Shown piece by piece: positions 1 to 18,000 of a stretch of DNA of 64,000 bases (the stretch's first letter is position 1; the number at the start of each line of letters is the position of its first letter). This DNA comes from Eledone cirrhosa (taxonomy: Eukaryota), in NCBI GenBank assembly GCA_964016885.1, contig OZ024744.1:113770001-113834000 (forward strand). The letters are read 5' to 3'. The notes beneath the pieces were generated by a model. That model had not been told where the DNA came from. It did not search any database and worked only from the letters and a program-made list of their open reading frames with translations. The position numbers and the translations under genes were made by a program.

Positions 1-3000
1 AACAATGTCATCACCATCAACAGTAACAACATTGGCATCACCATCAACAGTAGTAACATTGTCATCACCATCAACAGTAACAACACTGTCATCACCATCA
101 ACAGTAACAACACTGTCATCACCATCAACAGTAACAACATTGTCATCACCATCAACAATAGTAACACTGTCATCACCATCAACAGTAACAACATTGTCAT
201 CACCATCAACACTAACAACACTGTCATCACCATCAACAGTAACAACATTGTCAGCACCATCAACAGTAACAACATTGTCATCACCATCAACAGAAACACC
301 ATTGTCATCACCATCAACAGTAACAACATTGTCATCACCATCAACAGTTATAACATTGTCCTCACCATCAACAGTAGTAACATTGTCCTCACCATCAACA
401 GTAGTAACATTGTCATCACCATCAACAGTAGTAACACTGTCATCACCATCAACAGTAACAACATTGTCATCACCATCAACAGTAGTAACATTGTCATCAC
501 CATCAACAGTAGTAACACTGTCATCACCATCAACAGTAACATTGTCATCACCATCAACAGTAGTAACATTGTCATCACCATCATCAGTAACAACATTGTC
601 ATCACCATCAACAGTAACAACATTGTCATCACCATCAACAGTAGTAACATTATCATCACCATCAACAGTAACAACATTGTCATCACTATCAACAACACTG
701 TCATCACCATCAACAGTAGTAACATTGTCATCACCATCAACAGTAATAACATTGTCATCACCATCAACAGTAACAACACTGTCATCACCATCAACAGTAA
801 CAACACTGTCATCACCATCAACAGTAACATTGTTATCACCATCAACAGTAGTAACATTGTCATCACCATCAACAGTAACAACACTGTCATCACCATCAAC
901 AGTAACAACATTGTCATCACCATCAACAGTAGTAATATTGTCATCACCATCAACAGTAACAACACTGTCATCACCATCAACAGTAACAACATTGTCATCA
1001 TCATCAACAACACTGTCATCACCATCAACAGTAGTAACATTGTCATCACCATCAACAGTAATAACATTGTCATCACCATCAACAGTAACAACACTGTCAT
1101 CACCATCAACAGTAACAACACTGTCATCACCAACAACAGTAACAACATTGTCATCACCATCAACAGTAGTAACATTGCCATCACCATCAAGAGTAATAAC
1201 ATTGTCATCACCATCAACAGTAGTAACATTGTCATCACCATCAACAGTAACAACATTGTCATCACCATCAACAATAGTAACACTGTCATCACCATCAACA
1301 GTAACAACATTGTCATCACCATCAACACTAACAACACTGTCATTACCATCAACAGTAACAACATTGTCAGCACCATCAACAGTAACAACATTGTCATCAC
1401 CATCAACAGTAACACCATTGTCATCACCATCAACAGTAACAACATTGTCATCACCATCAACAGTAACAACATTGTCATCACCATCAACAGTTATAACATT
1501 GTCCTCACCATCAACAGTAGTAACATTGTCATCAACATCAACAGTAGTAACACTGTCATCACCATCAACAGTAACAACATTGTCATCACCATCAACAGTA
1601 GTAACATTGTCATCACCATCAACAGTAACAACAGTCATCACCATCAACAGTAGTAACACTGTCATCACCATCAACAGTAACATTGTCATCACCATCAACA
1701 GTAGTAACATTGTCATCACCATCATCAGTAACAACATTGTCATCACCATCAACAGTAACAACATTGTCATCACCATCAACAGTAGTAACATTGTCATCAC
1801 CATCAACAGTAGTACCATTGTCATCACCATCAACAGTAGTAACATTGTCATCACCATCAACAGTAGTAACATTGTCATCACCATCAACAGTAACAACACT
1901 GTTATCACCATCAACAGTAACAACATTGTCATCACCATCAACAGTAGAAACAATGTCATCACCATCAACAGTAGTAACATTGTCATCACCATCAACAGTA
2001 GTAACATTGTCATCACCATCAACAGCAGTAACACTGTCATCACCATCAACAGTAACAACATTGTCATCACCATCAACAGTAACAACATTGTCATCACCAT
2101 CAACAGTAACAACACTGTCATCACCATCAACAGTAACATTGTCATCACCATCAACAGTAGTAACATTGTCATCACCATCAACAGTAACAACACTGTCATC
2201 ACCATCAACAGTAACAACATTGTCATCACCATCAACAGTAGTAACAATGTCATCACCATCAACAGTAACAACATTGTCATCACCATCAACAGTAGTAACA
2301 ATGTCATCACCATCAACAGTAGTAACATTGTCATCACCATCAACAGTAGTAACATTGTCATCACCATCAACAGCAGTAACACTGTCATCACCATCAACAG
2401 TAACAACATTGTCATCACCATCAACAGTAACAACATTGTCATCACCATCAACAGTAACAACACTGTCATCACCATCAACAGTAACAATATTGTCATCACC
2501 ATCAACAGTAACATTGTTATCACCATCAACAGTAGTAACATTGTCATCACCATCAACAGTAACAACACTGTCATCACCATCAACAGTAACAACATTGTCA
2601 TCACCATCAACAGTAGTAATATTGTCATCACCATCAACAGTAACAACACTGTCATCACCATCAACACTAACAACATTGTCATCACCATCAACAACACTGT
2701 CATCACCATCAACAGTAGTAACATTGTCATCACCATCAACAGTAATAACATTGTCATCACCATCAACAGTAACAACACTGTCATCACCATCAACAGTAAC
2801 AACAATGTCATCACCATCAACAGTAACAACATTGTCATCACCATCAACAGTAGTAACATTGTCATCACCATCAACAGTAACAACATTGTCATCACCATCA
2901 ACAATAGTAACATTGTCATCACCATCAACAGTAGTAACACCGTCTCACCATCAACAGTAACAACATTGTCATCACCATCAACAGTAACAACATTGTCATC

Positions 3001-6000
3001 ACCATCAACAGTAACAACACTGTCATCACCATCAACAGTAACAACATTGTCATCACCATCAACAGTAGTAACATTGTCATCACCATCAACAGTAACACTG
3101 CCATCACTATCAACAGTACCAACATTGTCATCACCATCAACAGTAACAACATTGTCATCACCATCAACAGTAACAACATTGTCATCACCATCAACAGTAA
3201 CAACATTGTCATCACCATCAACAGTTATAACATTGTCATCACCATCAACAGTAGTAACATTGTCATCACCATCAACAGTAGTAACACTGTCATCACCATC
3301 AACAGTAACAACATTGTCATCACCATCAACAGTAGTAACATTGTCATCACCATCAACAGTAACAACAGTCATCACCATCAACAGTAGTAACACTGTCATC
3401 ACCATCAACAGTAACAACATTGTCATCACCATCAACAGTAGTAACATTGTCATCACCATCATCAGTAACAACATTGTCATCACCATCAACAGTAACAACA
3501 TTGTCATCACCATCAACAGTAGTAACATTGTCATCACCATCAACAGTAGTACCATTGTCATCACCATCAACAGTAGTAACATTGTCATCACCATCAACAG
3601 TAGTAACATTGTCATCACCATCAACAGTAGTAACAATGTCATCACCATCAACAGTAGTAACATTGTCATCACCATCAACAGTAGTAACACTGTCATCACC
3701 ATCAACAGTAACAACACTGTCATCACCATCAACAGTAACATTGTCATCACCATCAACAGTAGTAACATTGTCATCACCATCAACAGTAACAACACTGTCA
3801 TCACCATCAACAGTAACAACATTGTCATCACCATCAACAGTAGTAACATTGCCATCACCATCAAGAGTAATAACATTGTCATCACCATCAACAGTAGTAA
3901 CATTGTCATCACCATCAACAGTAACAACACTGTCATCACCATCAACAGTAACAACATTGTCATCACCATCAACAGTAGTAACAATGTCATCACCATCAAC
4001 AGTAACAACATTGTCATCACCATCAACTGTAGTAACATTGTCATCACCATCAACAGTAACAACACTGTCATCACCATCAACAGTAACAACACTGTCATCA
4101 CCATCAACAGTAACAACATTGTCATCACCATCAACAGTAGTTACATTGTCATCACCATCAACAGTAACAACATTGTCATCACCATCAACAATAGTAACAC
4201 TGTCATCACCATCAACAGTAACAACATTGTCATCACCATCAACACTAACAACACTGTCATCAGCATCAACAGTAACAACATTGTCAGCACCATCAACAGT
4301 AACAACATTGTCATCACCATCAACAGTAACACCATTGTCATCACCATCAACAGTAACAACATTGTCATCACCATCAACAGTAACAACATTGTCATCACCA
4401 TCAACAGTTATAACATTGTCCTCACCATCAACAGTAGTAACATTGTCATCACCATCAACAGTAGTAACACTGTCATCACCATCAACAGTAGTAACACTGT
4501 CATCACCATCAACAGTAATAACACTGTCATCACCATCAACAGTAACAACATTGTCATCACCATCAACAGTAACAACATTGTCATCACCATCAACAGTAAC
4601 AACATTGTCATCACCATCAACAGTAGTAACACTGTCATCACCATCAACAGTAACAACATTGTCATCACCATCAACAGTAGTAACATTGCCATCACCATCA
4701 AGAGTAATAACATTGTCATCACCATCAACAGTAGTAACATTGTCATCACCATCAACAGTAACAACACTGTCATCACCATCAACAGTAACAACATTGTCAT
4801 CACCATCAACAGTAGTAACAATGTCATCACCATCAACAGTAACAACATTGTCATCACCATCAACTGTAGTAACATTGTCATCACCATCAACAGTAACAAC
4901 ACTGTCATCACCATCAACAGTAACAACACTGTCATCACCATCAACAGTAACAACATTGTCATCACCATCAACAGTAGTTACATTGTCATCACCATCAACA
5001 GTAACAACATTGTCATCACCATCAACAATAGTAACACTGTCATCACCATCAACAGTAACAACATTGTCATCACCATCAACACTAACAACACTGTCATCAC
5101 CATCAACAGTAACAACATTGTCAGCACCATCAACAGTAACAACATTGTCATCACCATCAACAGTAACACCATTGTCATCACCATCAACAGTAACAACATT
5201 GTCATCACCATCAACAGTAACAACATTGTCATCACCATCAAGTTATAACATTGTCCTCACCATCAACAGTAGTAACATTGTCATCACCATCAACAGTAGT
5301 AACACTGTCATCACCATCAACAGTAGTAACACTGTCATCACCATCAACAGTAATAACACTGTCATCACCATCAACAGTAACAACATTGTCATCACCATCA
5401 ACAGTAACAACATTGTCATCACCATCAACAGTAACAACATTGTCATCACCATCAACAGTAGTAACACTGTCATCACCATCAACAGTAACAACATTGTCAT
5501 CACCATCAACAGTAGTAACATTGTCATCACCATCAACAGTAACAACACTGTCATCACCATCAACAGTAACAACACTGTCATCACCAACAACAGTAACAAC
5601 ATTGTCATCACCATCAACAGTAGTAACATTGCCATCACCATCAAGAGTAATAACATTGTCATCACCATCAACAGTAGTAACATTGTCATCACCATCAACA
5701 GTAACAACACTGTCATCACCATCAACAGTAACAACATTCTCATCACCATCAACAGTAGTAACAATGTCATCACCATCAACAGTAACAACATTGTCATCAC
5801 CATCAACAGTAGTAACATTGTCATCACCATCAACAGTAACAACACTGTCATCACCATCAACAGTAACAACACTGTCATCACCATCAACAGTAACAACATT
5901 GTCATCACCATCAACAGTAGAAACATTGTCATCACCATCAACAGTAACAACATTGTCATCACCATCAACAATAGTAACACTGTCATCACCATCAACAGTA

Positions 6001-9000
6001 ACAACATTGTCATCACCATCAACACTAACAACACTGTCATTACCATCAACAGTAACAACATTGTCAGCACCATCAACAGTAACAACATTGTCATCACCAT
6101 CAACAGTAACACCATTGTCATCACCATCAACAGTAACAACATTGTCATCACCATCAACAGTAACAACATTGTCATCACCATCAACAGTTATAACATTGTC
6201 CTCACCATCAACAGTAGTAACATTGTCATCAACATCAACAGTAGTAACACTGTCATCACCATCAACAGTAACAACATTGTCATCACCATCAACAGTAGTA
6301 ACATTGTCATCACCATCAACAGTAACAACAGTCATCACCATCAACAGTAGTAACACTGTCATCACCATCAACAGTAACATTGTCATCACCATCAACAGTA
6401 GTAACATTGTCATCACCATCATCAGTAACAACATTGTCATCACCATCAACAGTAACAACATTGTCATCACCATCAACAGTAGTAACATTGTCATCACCAT
6501 CAACAGTAGTACCATTGTCATCACCATCAACAGTAGTAACATTGTCATCACCATCAACAGTAGTAACATTGTCATCACCATCAACAGTAACAACACTGTT
6601 ATCACCATCAACAGTAACAACATTGTCATCACCATCAACAGTAGAAACAATGTCATCACCATCAACAGTAGTAACATTGTCATCACCATCAACAGTAGTA
6701 ACATTGTCATCACCATCAACAGCAGTAACACTGTCATCACCATCAACAGTAACAACATTGTCATCACCATCAACAGTAACAACATTGTCATCACCATCAA
6801 CAGTAACAACACTGTCATCACCATCAACAGTAACATTGTCATCACCATCAACAGTAGTAACATTGTCATCACCATCAACAGTAACAACACTGTCATCACC
6901 ATCAACAGTAACAACATTGTCATCACCATCAACAGTAGTAACAATGTCATCACCATCAACAGTAACAACATTGTCATCACCATCAACAGTAGTAACAATG
7001 TCATCACCATCAACAGTAGTAACATTGTCATCACCATCAACAGTAGTAACATTGTCATCACCATCAACAGCAGTAACACTGTCATCACCATCAACAGTAA
7101 CAACATTGTCATCACCATCAACAGTAACAACATTGTCATCACCATCAACAGTAACAACACTGTCATCACCATCAACAGTAACAATATTGTCATCACCATC
7201 AACAGTAACATTGTTATCACCATCAACAGTAGTAACATTGTCATCACCATCAACAGTAACAACACTGTCATCACCATCAACAGTAACAACATTGTCATCA
7301 CCATCAACAGTAGTAATATTGTCATCACCATCAACAGTAACAACACTGTCATCACCATCAACACTAACAACATTGTCATCACCATCAACAACACTGTCAT
7401 CACCATCAACAGTAGTAACATTGTCATCACCATCAACAGTAATAACATTGTCATCACCATCAACAGTAACAACACTGTCATCACCATCAACAGTAACAAC
7501 AATGTCATCACCATCAACAGTAAGAACATTGTCATCACCATCAACAGTAGTAACATTGTCATCACCATCAACAGTAACAACATTGTCATCACCATCAACA
7601 ATAGTAACATTGTCATCACCATCAACAGTAGTAACACCGTCTCACCATCAACAGTAACAACATTGTCATCACCATCAACAGTAACAACATTGTCATCACC
7701 ATCAACAGTAACAACACTGTCATCACCATCAACAGTAACAACATTGTCATCACCATCAACAGTAGTAACATTGTCATCACCATCAACAGTAACACTGCCA
7801 TCACTATCAACAGTACCAACATTGTCATCACCATCAACAGTAACAACATTGTCATCACCATCAACAGTAACAACATTGTCATCACCATCAACAGTAACAA
7901 CATTGTCATCACCATCAACAGTTATAACATTGTCATCACCATCAACAGTAGTAACATTGTCATCACCATCAACAGTAGTAACACTGTCATCACCATCAAC
8001 AGTAACAACATTGTCATCACCATCAACAGTAGTAACATTGTCATCACCATCAACAGTAACAACAGTCATCACCATCAACAGTAGTAACACTGTCATCACC
8101 ATCAACAGTAACAACATTGTCATCACCATCAACAGTAGTAACATTGTCATCACCATCATCAGTAACAACATTGTCATCACCATCAACAGTAACAACATTG
8201 TCATCACCATCAACAGTAGTAACATTGTCATCACCATCAACAGTAGTACCATTGTCATCACCATCAACAGTAGTAACATTGTCATCACCATCAACAGTAG
8301 TAACATTGTCATCACCATCAACAGTAGTAACAATGTCATCACCATCAACAGTAGTAACATTGTCATCACCATCAACAGTAGTAACACTGTCATCACCATC
8401 AACAGTAACAACACTGTCATCACCATCAACAGTAACAATATTGTCATCACCATCAACAGTAACATTGTCATCACCATCAACAGTAGTAACATTGTCATCA
8501 CCATCAACAGTAACAACACTGTCATCACCATCAACAGTAACAACATTGTCATCACCATCAACAGTAGTAACATTGCCATCACCATCAAGAGTAATAACAT
8601 TGTCATCACCATCAACAGTAGTAACATTGTCATCACCATCAACAGTAACAACACTGTCATCACCATCAACAGTAACAACATTGTCATCACCATCAACAGT
8701 AGTAACAATGTCATCACCATCAACAGTAACAACATTGTCATCACCATCAACTGTAGTAACATTGTCATCACCATCAACAGTAACAACACTGTCATCACCA
8801 TCAACAGTAACAACACTGTCATCACCATCAACAGTAACAACATTGTCATCACCATCAACAGTAGTTACATTGTCATCACCATCAACAGTAACAACATTGT
8901 CATCACCATCAACAATAGTAACACTGTCATCACCATCAACAGTAACAACATTGTCATCACCATCAACACTAACAACACTGTCATCAGCATCAACAGTAAC

Positions 9001-12000
9001 AACATTGTCAGCACCATCAACAGTAACAACATTGTCATCACCATCAACAGTAACACCATTGTCATCACCATCAACAGTAACAACATTGTCATCACCATCA
9101 ACAGTAACAACATTGTCATCACCATCAACAGTTATAACATTGTCCTCACCATCAACAGTAGTAACATTGTCATCACCATCAACAGTAGTAACACTGTCAT
9201 CACCATCAACAGTAGTAACACTGTCATCACCATCAACAGTAATAACACTGTCATCACCATCAACAGTAACAACATTGTCATCACCATCAACAGTAACAAC
9301 ATTGTCATCACCATCAACAGTAACAACATTGTCATCACCATCAACAGTAGTAACACTGTCATCACCATCAACAGTAACAACATTGTCATCACCATCAACA
9401 GTAGTAACATTGCCATCACCATCAAGAGTAATAACATTGTCATCACCATCAACAGTAGTAACATTGTCATCACCATCAACAGTAACAACACTGTCATCAC
9501 CATCAACAGTAACAACATTGTCATCACCATCAACAGTAGTAACAATGTCATCACCATCAACAGTAACAACATTGTCATCACCATCAACTGTAGTAACATT
9601 GTCATCACCATCAACAGTAACAACACTGTCATCACCATCAACAGTAACAACACTGTCATCACCATCAACAGTAACAACATTGTCATCACCATCAACAGTA
9701 GTTACATTGTCATCACCATCAACAGTAACAACATTGTCATCACCATCAACAATAGTAACACTGTCATCACCATCAACAGTAACAACATTGTCATCACCAT
9801 CAACACTAACAACACTGTCATCACCATCAACAGTAACAACATTGTCAGCACCATCAACAGTAACAACATTGTCATCACCATCAACAGTAACACCATTGTC
9901 ATCACCATCAACAGTAACAACATTGTCATCACCATCAACAGTAACAACATTGTCATCACCATCAAGTTATAACATTGTCCTCACCATCAACAGTAGTAAC
10001 ATTGTCATCACCATCAACAGTAGTAACACTGTCATCACCATCAACAGTAGTAACACTGTCATCACCATCAACAGTAATAACACTGTCATCACCATCAACA
10101 GTAACAACATTGTCATCACCATCAACAGTAACAACATTGTCATCACCATCAACAGTAACAACATTGTCATCACCATCAACAGTAGTAACACTGTCATCAC
10201 CATCAACAGTAACAACATTGTCATCACCATCAACAGTAGTAACATTGTCATCACCATCAACAGTAACAACAGTCATCACCATCAACAGTAGTAACACTGT
10301 CATCACCATCAACAGTAACATTGTCATCACCATCAACAGTAGTAACATTGTCATCACCATCATCAGTAACAACATTGTCATCACCATCAACAGTAGAAAC
10401 AATGTCATCACCATCAACAGTAGTAACATTGTCATCACCATCAACAGTAGTAACATTGTCATCACCATCAACAGCAGTAACACTGTCATCACCATCAACA
10501 ATAACAACATTGTCATCACCATCAACAGTAACAACATTGTCATCACCATCAACAGTAACAACACTGTCATCACCATCAACAGTAACATTGTCATCACCAT
10601 CAACAGTAACATTGTCATCACCATCAACAGTAGTAACATTGTCATCACCATCAACAGTAACAACACTGTCATCACCATCAACAGTAACAACATTGTCATC
10701 ACCATCAACAGTAGTAACAATGTCATCACCATCAACAGTAGTAACAATGTCATCACCATCAACAGTAACAACATTGTCATCACCATCAACAGTAGTAACA
10801 ATGTCATCACCATCAACAGTAGTAACATTGTCATCACCATCAACAGTAGTAACATTGTCATCACCATCAACAGCAGTAACACTGTCATCACCATCAACAG
10901 TAACAACATTGTCATCACCATCAACAGTAGTAACATTGTCATCACCATCAACAGTAACAACACTGTCATCACCATCAACAGTAACAATATTGTCATCACC
11001 ATCAACAGTAACATTGTTATCACCATCAACAGTAGTAACATTGTCATCACCATCAACAGTAACAACACTGTCATCACCATCAACAGTAACAACATTGTCA
11101 TCACCATCAACAGTAGTAATATTGTCATCACCATCAACAGTAACAACACTGTCATCACCATCAACAGTAACAACATTGTCATCACCATCAACAACACTGT
11201 TATCACCATCAACAGTAGTAACATTGTCATCACCATCAACAGTAATAACATTGTCATCACCATCAACAGTAACAACACTGTCATCACCATCAACAGTAAC
11301 AACACATTCATCACCATCAACAGTAACAACATTGTCATCACCATCAACAGTAGTAACATTGTCATCACCATCAACAGTAACAACATTGTCATCACCATCA
11401 ACAATAGTAACATTGTCATCACCATCAACAGTAGTAACACCGTCTCACCATCAACAGTAACAACATTGTCATCACCATCAACAGTAACAACATTGTCATC
11501 ACCATCAACAGTAACAACATTGTCATCACCATCAACAGTAACAACACTGTCATCACCATCAACAGTAACAACATTGTCATCACCATCAACAGTAGTAACA
11601 TTGTCATCACCATCAACAGTAGTAACACCGTGTCAACATCAACAGTAACAACATTGTCATCACCATCAACATTGTCATCAACATCAACAGTAGTAACATT
11701 GTCATCACCATCAACAGTAACAACACTGCCATCACTATCAACAGTACCAACATTGTCATCACCATCAACAGTAACAACATTGTCATCACCATCAACAGTA
11801 ACAACATTGTCATCACCATCAACAGTAACAACATTGTCATCACCATCAACAGTTATAACATTGTCATCACCATCAACAGTAGTAACATTGTCATCACCAT
11901 CAACAGTAGTAACACTGTCATCACCATGAACAGTAACAACATTGTCATCACCATCAACAGTAGTAACATTGTCATCACCATCAACAGTAACAACAGTCAT

Positions 12001-15000
12001 CACCATCAACAGTAGTAACACTGTCATCACCATCAACAGTAACAACATTGTCATCACCATCAACAGTAGTAACATTGTCATCACCATCATCAGTAACAAC
12101 ATTGTCATCACCATCAACAGTAACAACATTGTCATCACCATCAACAGTAGTAACATTGTCATCACCATCAACAGTAGTACCATTGTCATCACCATCAACA
12201 GTAGTAACATTGTCATCACCATCAACAGTAGTAACATTGTCCTCACCATCAACAGTAACAACATTGTCATCACCATCAACAGTAGTAACAATGTCATCAC
12301 CATCAACAGTAGTAACATTGTCATCACCATCAACAGTAGTAACACTGTCATCACCATCAACAGTAACAACACTGTCATCACCATCAACAGTAACAATATT
12401 GTCATCACCATCAACAGTAACATTGTCATCACCATCAACAGTAGTAACATTGTCATCACCATCAACAGTAACAACACTGTCATCACCATCAACAGTAACA
12501 ACATTGTCATCACCATCAACAGTAGTAACATTGCCATCACCATCAAGAGTAATAACATTGTCATCACCATCAACAGTAGTAACATTGTCATCACCATCAA
12601 CAGTAACAACACTGTCATCACCATCAACAGTAACAACATTGTCATCACCATCAACAGTAGTAACAATGTCATCACCATCAACAGTAACAACATTGTCATC
12701 ACCATCAACTGTAGTAACATTGTCATCACCATCAACAGTAACAACACTGTCATCACCATCAACAGTAACAACACTGTCATCACCATCAACAGTAACAACA
12801 TTGTCATCACCATCAACAGTAGTTACATTGTCATCACCATCAACAGTAACAACATTGTCATCACCATCAACAATAGTAACACTGTCATCACCATCAACAG
12901 TAACAACATTGTCATCACCATCAACACTAACAACACTGTCATCACCATCAACAGTAACAACATTGTCAGCACCATCAACAGTAACAACATTGTCATCACC
13001 ATCAACAGTAACACCATTGTCATCACCATCAACAGTAACAACATTGTCATCACCATCAACAGTAACAACATTGTCATCACCATCAACAGTTATAACATTG
13101 TCCTCACCATCAACAGTAGTAACATTGTCATCACCATCAACAGTAGTAACACTGTCATCACCATCAACAGTAACAACATTGTCATGACCATCAACAGTAG
13201 TAACATTGTCATCACCATCAACAGTAACAACAGTCATCACCATCAACAGTAGTAACACTGTCATCACCATCAACAGTAACATTGTCATCACCATCAACAG
13301 TAGTAACATTGTCATCACCATCATCAGTAACAACATTGTCATCACCATCAACAGTAACAACATTGTCATCACCATCAACAGTAGTAACATTGTCATCACC
13401 ATCAACAGTAGTACCATTGTCATCACCATCAACAGTAGTAACATTGTCATCACCATCAACAGTAGTAACATTGTCATCACCATCAACAGTAACAACACTG
13501 TTATCACCATCAACAGTAACAACATTGTCATCACCATCAACAGTAGTAACTCTGTCATCACCATCAACAGTAGAAACAATGTCATCACCATCAACAGTAG
13601 TAACATTGTGATCACCATCAACAGTAGTAACATTGTCATCACCATCAACAGCAGTAACACTGTCATCACCATCAACAGTAACAACATTGTCATCACCATC
13701 AACAGTAACAACATTGTCATCACCATCAACAGTAACAACACTGTCATCACCATCAACAGTAACATTGTCATCACCATCAACAGTAGTAACATTGTCATCA
13801 CCATCAACAGTAACAACACTGTCATCACCATCAACAGTAACAACATTGTCATCACCATCAACAGTAGTAACAATGTCATCACCATCAACAGTAACAACAT
13901 TGTCATCACCATCAACAGTAGTAACATTGTCATCACCATCAACAGTAACAACACTGTCATCACCATCAACAGTAACAACATTGTCATCACCATCAACAGT
14001 AGTAACATTGTCATCACCATCAACAGTAACAACATTGTCATCACCATCAACAATAGTAACACTGTCATCACCATCAACAGTAACAACATTGTCATCACCA
14101 TCAACACTAACAACACTGTCATCACCATCAACAGTAACAACATTGTCAGCACCATCAACAGTAACAACATTGTCATCACCATCAACAGTAACAACATTGT
14201 CATCACCATCAACAGTAACAACATTGTCATGACCATCAACAGTAACAACATTGTCATCACCATCAACAGTTATAACATTGTCCTCACCATCAACAGTAGT
14301 AACATTGTCATCACCATCAACAGTAGTAACACTGTCATCACCATCAACAGTAACAACATTGTCATCACCATCAACAGTAGTAACATTGTCATCACCATCA
14401 ACATTAACAACAGTCATCACCATCAACAGTAGTAACATTGTCATCACCATCAACAGTAACAACACTGTCATCACCACCAACAGTAACAACATTGTCATCA
14501 CCATCAACAGTAACAACACTGTCATCACCATCAACAGTAACAACATTGTCATCACCATCAACAGTAGTAACATTGTCATCACCATCATCAGTAACAACAT
14601 TGTCATCACCATCAACAACATTGTCATCACCATCAACAGTAGTAACATTGTCATCACCATCAACAGTAGTACCATTGTCATCACCATCAACAGTAGTAAC
14701 ATTGTCATCACCATCAACAGTAGTAACATTGTCATCACCATCAACAGTAACAACACTGTTATCACCATCAACAGTAACAAAATTGTCATCACCATCAACA
14801 GTAGAAACAATGTCATCACCATCAACAGTAGTAACATTGTCATCACCATCAACAGTAGTAACATTGTCATCACCATCAACAGCAGTAACACTGTCATCAC
14901 CATCAACAGTAACAACATTGTCATCACCATCAACAGTAACAACATTGTCATCACCATCAACAGTAACAATATTGTCATCACCATCAACAGTAACATTGTC

Positions 15001-18000
15001 ATCACCATCAACAGTAGTAATATTGTCATCACCATCAACAGTAACAACACTGTCATCACCATCAACAGTAACAACATTGTCATCACCATCAACAGTAGTA
15101 ACAATGTCATCACCATCAACAGTAACAACATTGTCATCACCATCAACAGTAGTAACATTGTTATCACCATCAACAGTAACAACACTGTCATCACCATCAA
15201 CAGTAACAACACTGTCATCACCATCAACAGTAACAACATTGTCATCACCATCAACAGTAGTAACATTGTCATCACCATCAACAGTAACAACATTGTCATC
15301 ACCATCAACAATAGTAACACTGTCATCACCATCAACAGTAACAACATTGTCATCACCATCAACACTAACAACACTGTCATCACCATCAACAGTAACAACA
15401 TTGTCAGCACCATCAACAGTAACAACATTGTCATCACCATCAACAGTAACAACATTGTCATCACCATCAACAGTTACAACATTGTCCTCACCATCAACAG
15501 TAGTAACATTGTCATCACCATCAACAGTAGTAACACTGTCATCACCATCAACAGGAACAACATTGTCATCACCATCAACAGTAGTAACATTGTCATCACC
15601 ATCAACAGTAACAACAGTCATCACCATCAACAGTAGTAACACTGTCATCACCATCAACAGTAACAACATTGTCATCACCATCAACAGTAGTAACATTGTC
15701 ATCACCATCATCAGTAACAACATTGTCATCACCATCAACAGTAACAACATTGTCATCACCATCAACAGTAGTAACATTGTCATCACCATCAACAGTAGTA
15801 CCATTGTCATCACCATCAACAGTAGTAACATTGTCATCACCATCAACAGTAGCAACATTGTCATCACCATCAACAGTAACAACACTGTTATCACCATCAA
15901 CAGTAACAACATTGTCATCACCATCAACAGTAGTAACAATGTCATCACCATCAACAGTAGTAACATTGTCATCACCATCAACAGTAGTAACATTGTCATC
16001 ACCATCAACAGCAGTAACACTGTCATCACCATCAACAGCAACAACATTGTCATCACCATCAACAGTAACAACATTGTCATCACCATCAACAGTAACAACA
16101 CTGTCATCACCATCAACAGTAACAATATTGTCATCACTATCAACAGTAACATTGTTATCACCATCAACAGTAGGAACATTGTCATCACCATCAACAGTAA
16201 CAACACTGTCATCACCATCAACAGTAACAACATTGTCATCACCATCAACAGTAGTAATATTGTCATCACCATCAACAGTAACAACACTGTCATCACCATC
16301 AACAGTAACAACATTGTCATCACCATCAACAACACTGTCATCACCATCAACAGTAGTAACATTGTCATCACCATCAACAGTAATAACATTGTCATCACCA
16401 TCAACAGTAACAACACTGTCATCACCATCAACAGTAACAACACATTCATCACCATCAACAGTAACAACATTGTCATCACCATCAACAGTAGTAACATTGT
16501 CATCACCATCAACAGTAACAACATTGTCATCACCATCAAAAATAGTAACACTGTCATCACCATCAACAGTAACAACATTGTCATCACCATCAACACTAAC
16601 AACACTGTCATCACCATCAACAGTAACAACATTGTCAGCACCATCAACAGTAACAACATTGTCATCACCATCAACAGTTACAACATTGTCCTCACCATCA
16701 ACAGTAGTAACATTGTCATCACCATCAACAGTAGTAACACTGTCATCACCATCAACAGTAACAACATTGTCATCACCATCAACAGTAGTAACATTGTCAT
16801 CACCATCAACAGTAACAACAGTCATCACCATCAACAGTAGTAACACTGTCATCACCATCAACAGTAACAACATTGTCATCACCATCAACAGTAGTAACAT
16901 TGTCATCACCATCATCAGTAACAACATTGTCATCACCATCAACAGTAACAACATTGTCATCACCATCAACAGTAGTAACATTGTCATCACCATCAACAGT
17001 AGTACCGTTGTCATCACCATCAACAGTAGTAACATTGTCATCACCATCAACAGTAGCAACATTTTCATCACCATCAACAGTAACAACACTGTTATCACCA
17101 TCAACAGTAACAACATTGTCATCACCATCAACAGTAGTAACAATGTCATCACCATCAACAGTAGTAACATTGTCATCACCATCAACAGTAGTAACATTGT
17201 CATCACCATCAACAGCAGTAACACTGTCATCACCATCAACAGTAACAACATTGTCATCACCATCAACAGTAACAACATTGTCATCACCATCAACAGTAAC
17301 AACACTGTCATCACCATCAACAGTAACAATATTGTCATCACCATCAACAGTAACATTGTTATCACCATCAACAGTAGTAACATTGTCATCACCATCAACA
17401 GTAACAACACTGTCATCACCATCAACAGTAACAACATTGTCATCACCATCAACAGTAGTAATATTGTCATCACCATCAACAGTAACAACACTGTCATCAC
17501 CATCAACAGTAACAACATTGGCATCACCATCAACAACACTGTCATCACCATCAACAGTAGTAACATTGTCATCACCATCAACAGTAATAACATTGTCATC
17601 ACCATCAACAGTAACAACACATTCATCACCATCAACAGTAACAACATTGTCATCACCATCAACAGTAGTAACATTGTCATCACCATCAACAGTAACAACA
17701 TTGTCATCACCATCAAAAATAGTAACACTGTCATCACCATCAACAGTAACAACATTGTCATCACCATCAACAGTAGTAACATTGTCATCACCATCAACAG
17801 TAACAACATTGTCATCACCATCAACAGTAACAACATTGTCATCACCATCAACAGTAACAACATTGTCATCACCATCAACAGTAACAACATTGTCATCACC
17901 ATCAACAGTTATAACATTGTCATCACCATCAACAGTTATAACATTGTCATCACTATCAACAGTAGTAACACTGTCATCACCATCAACAGTAGTAACATTG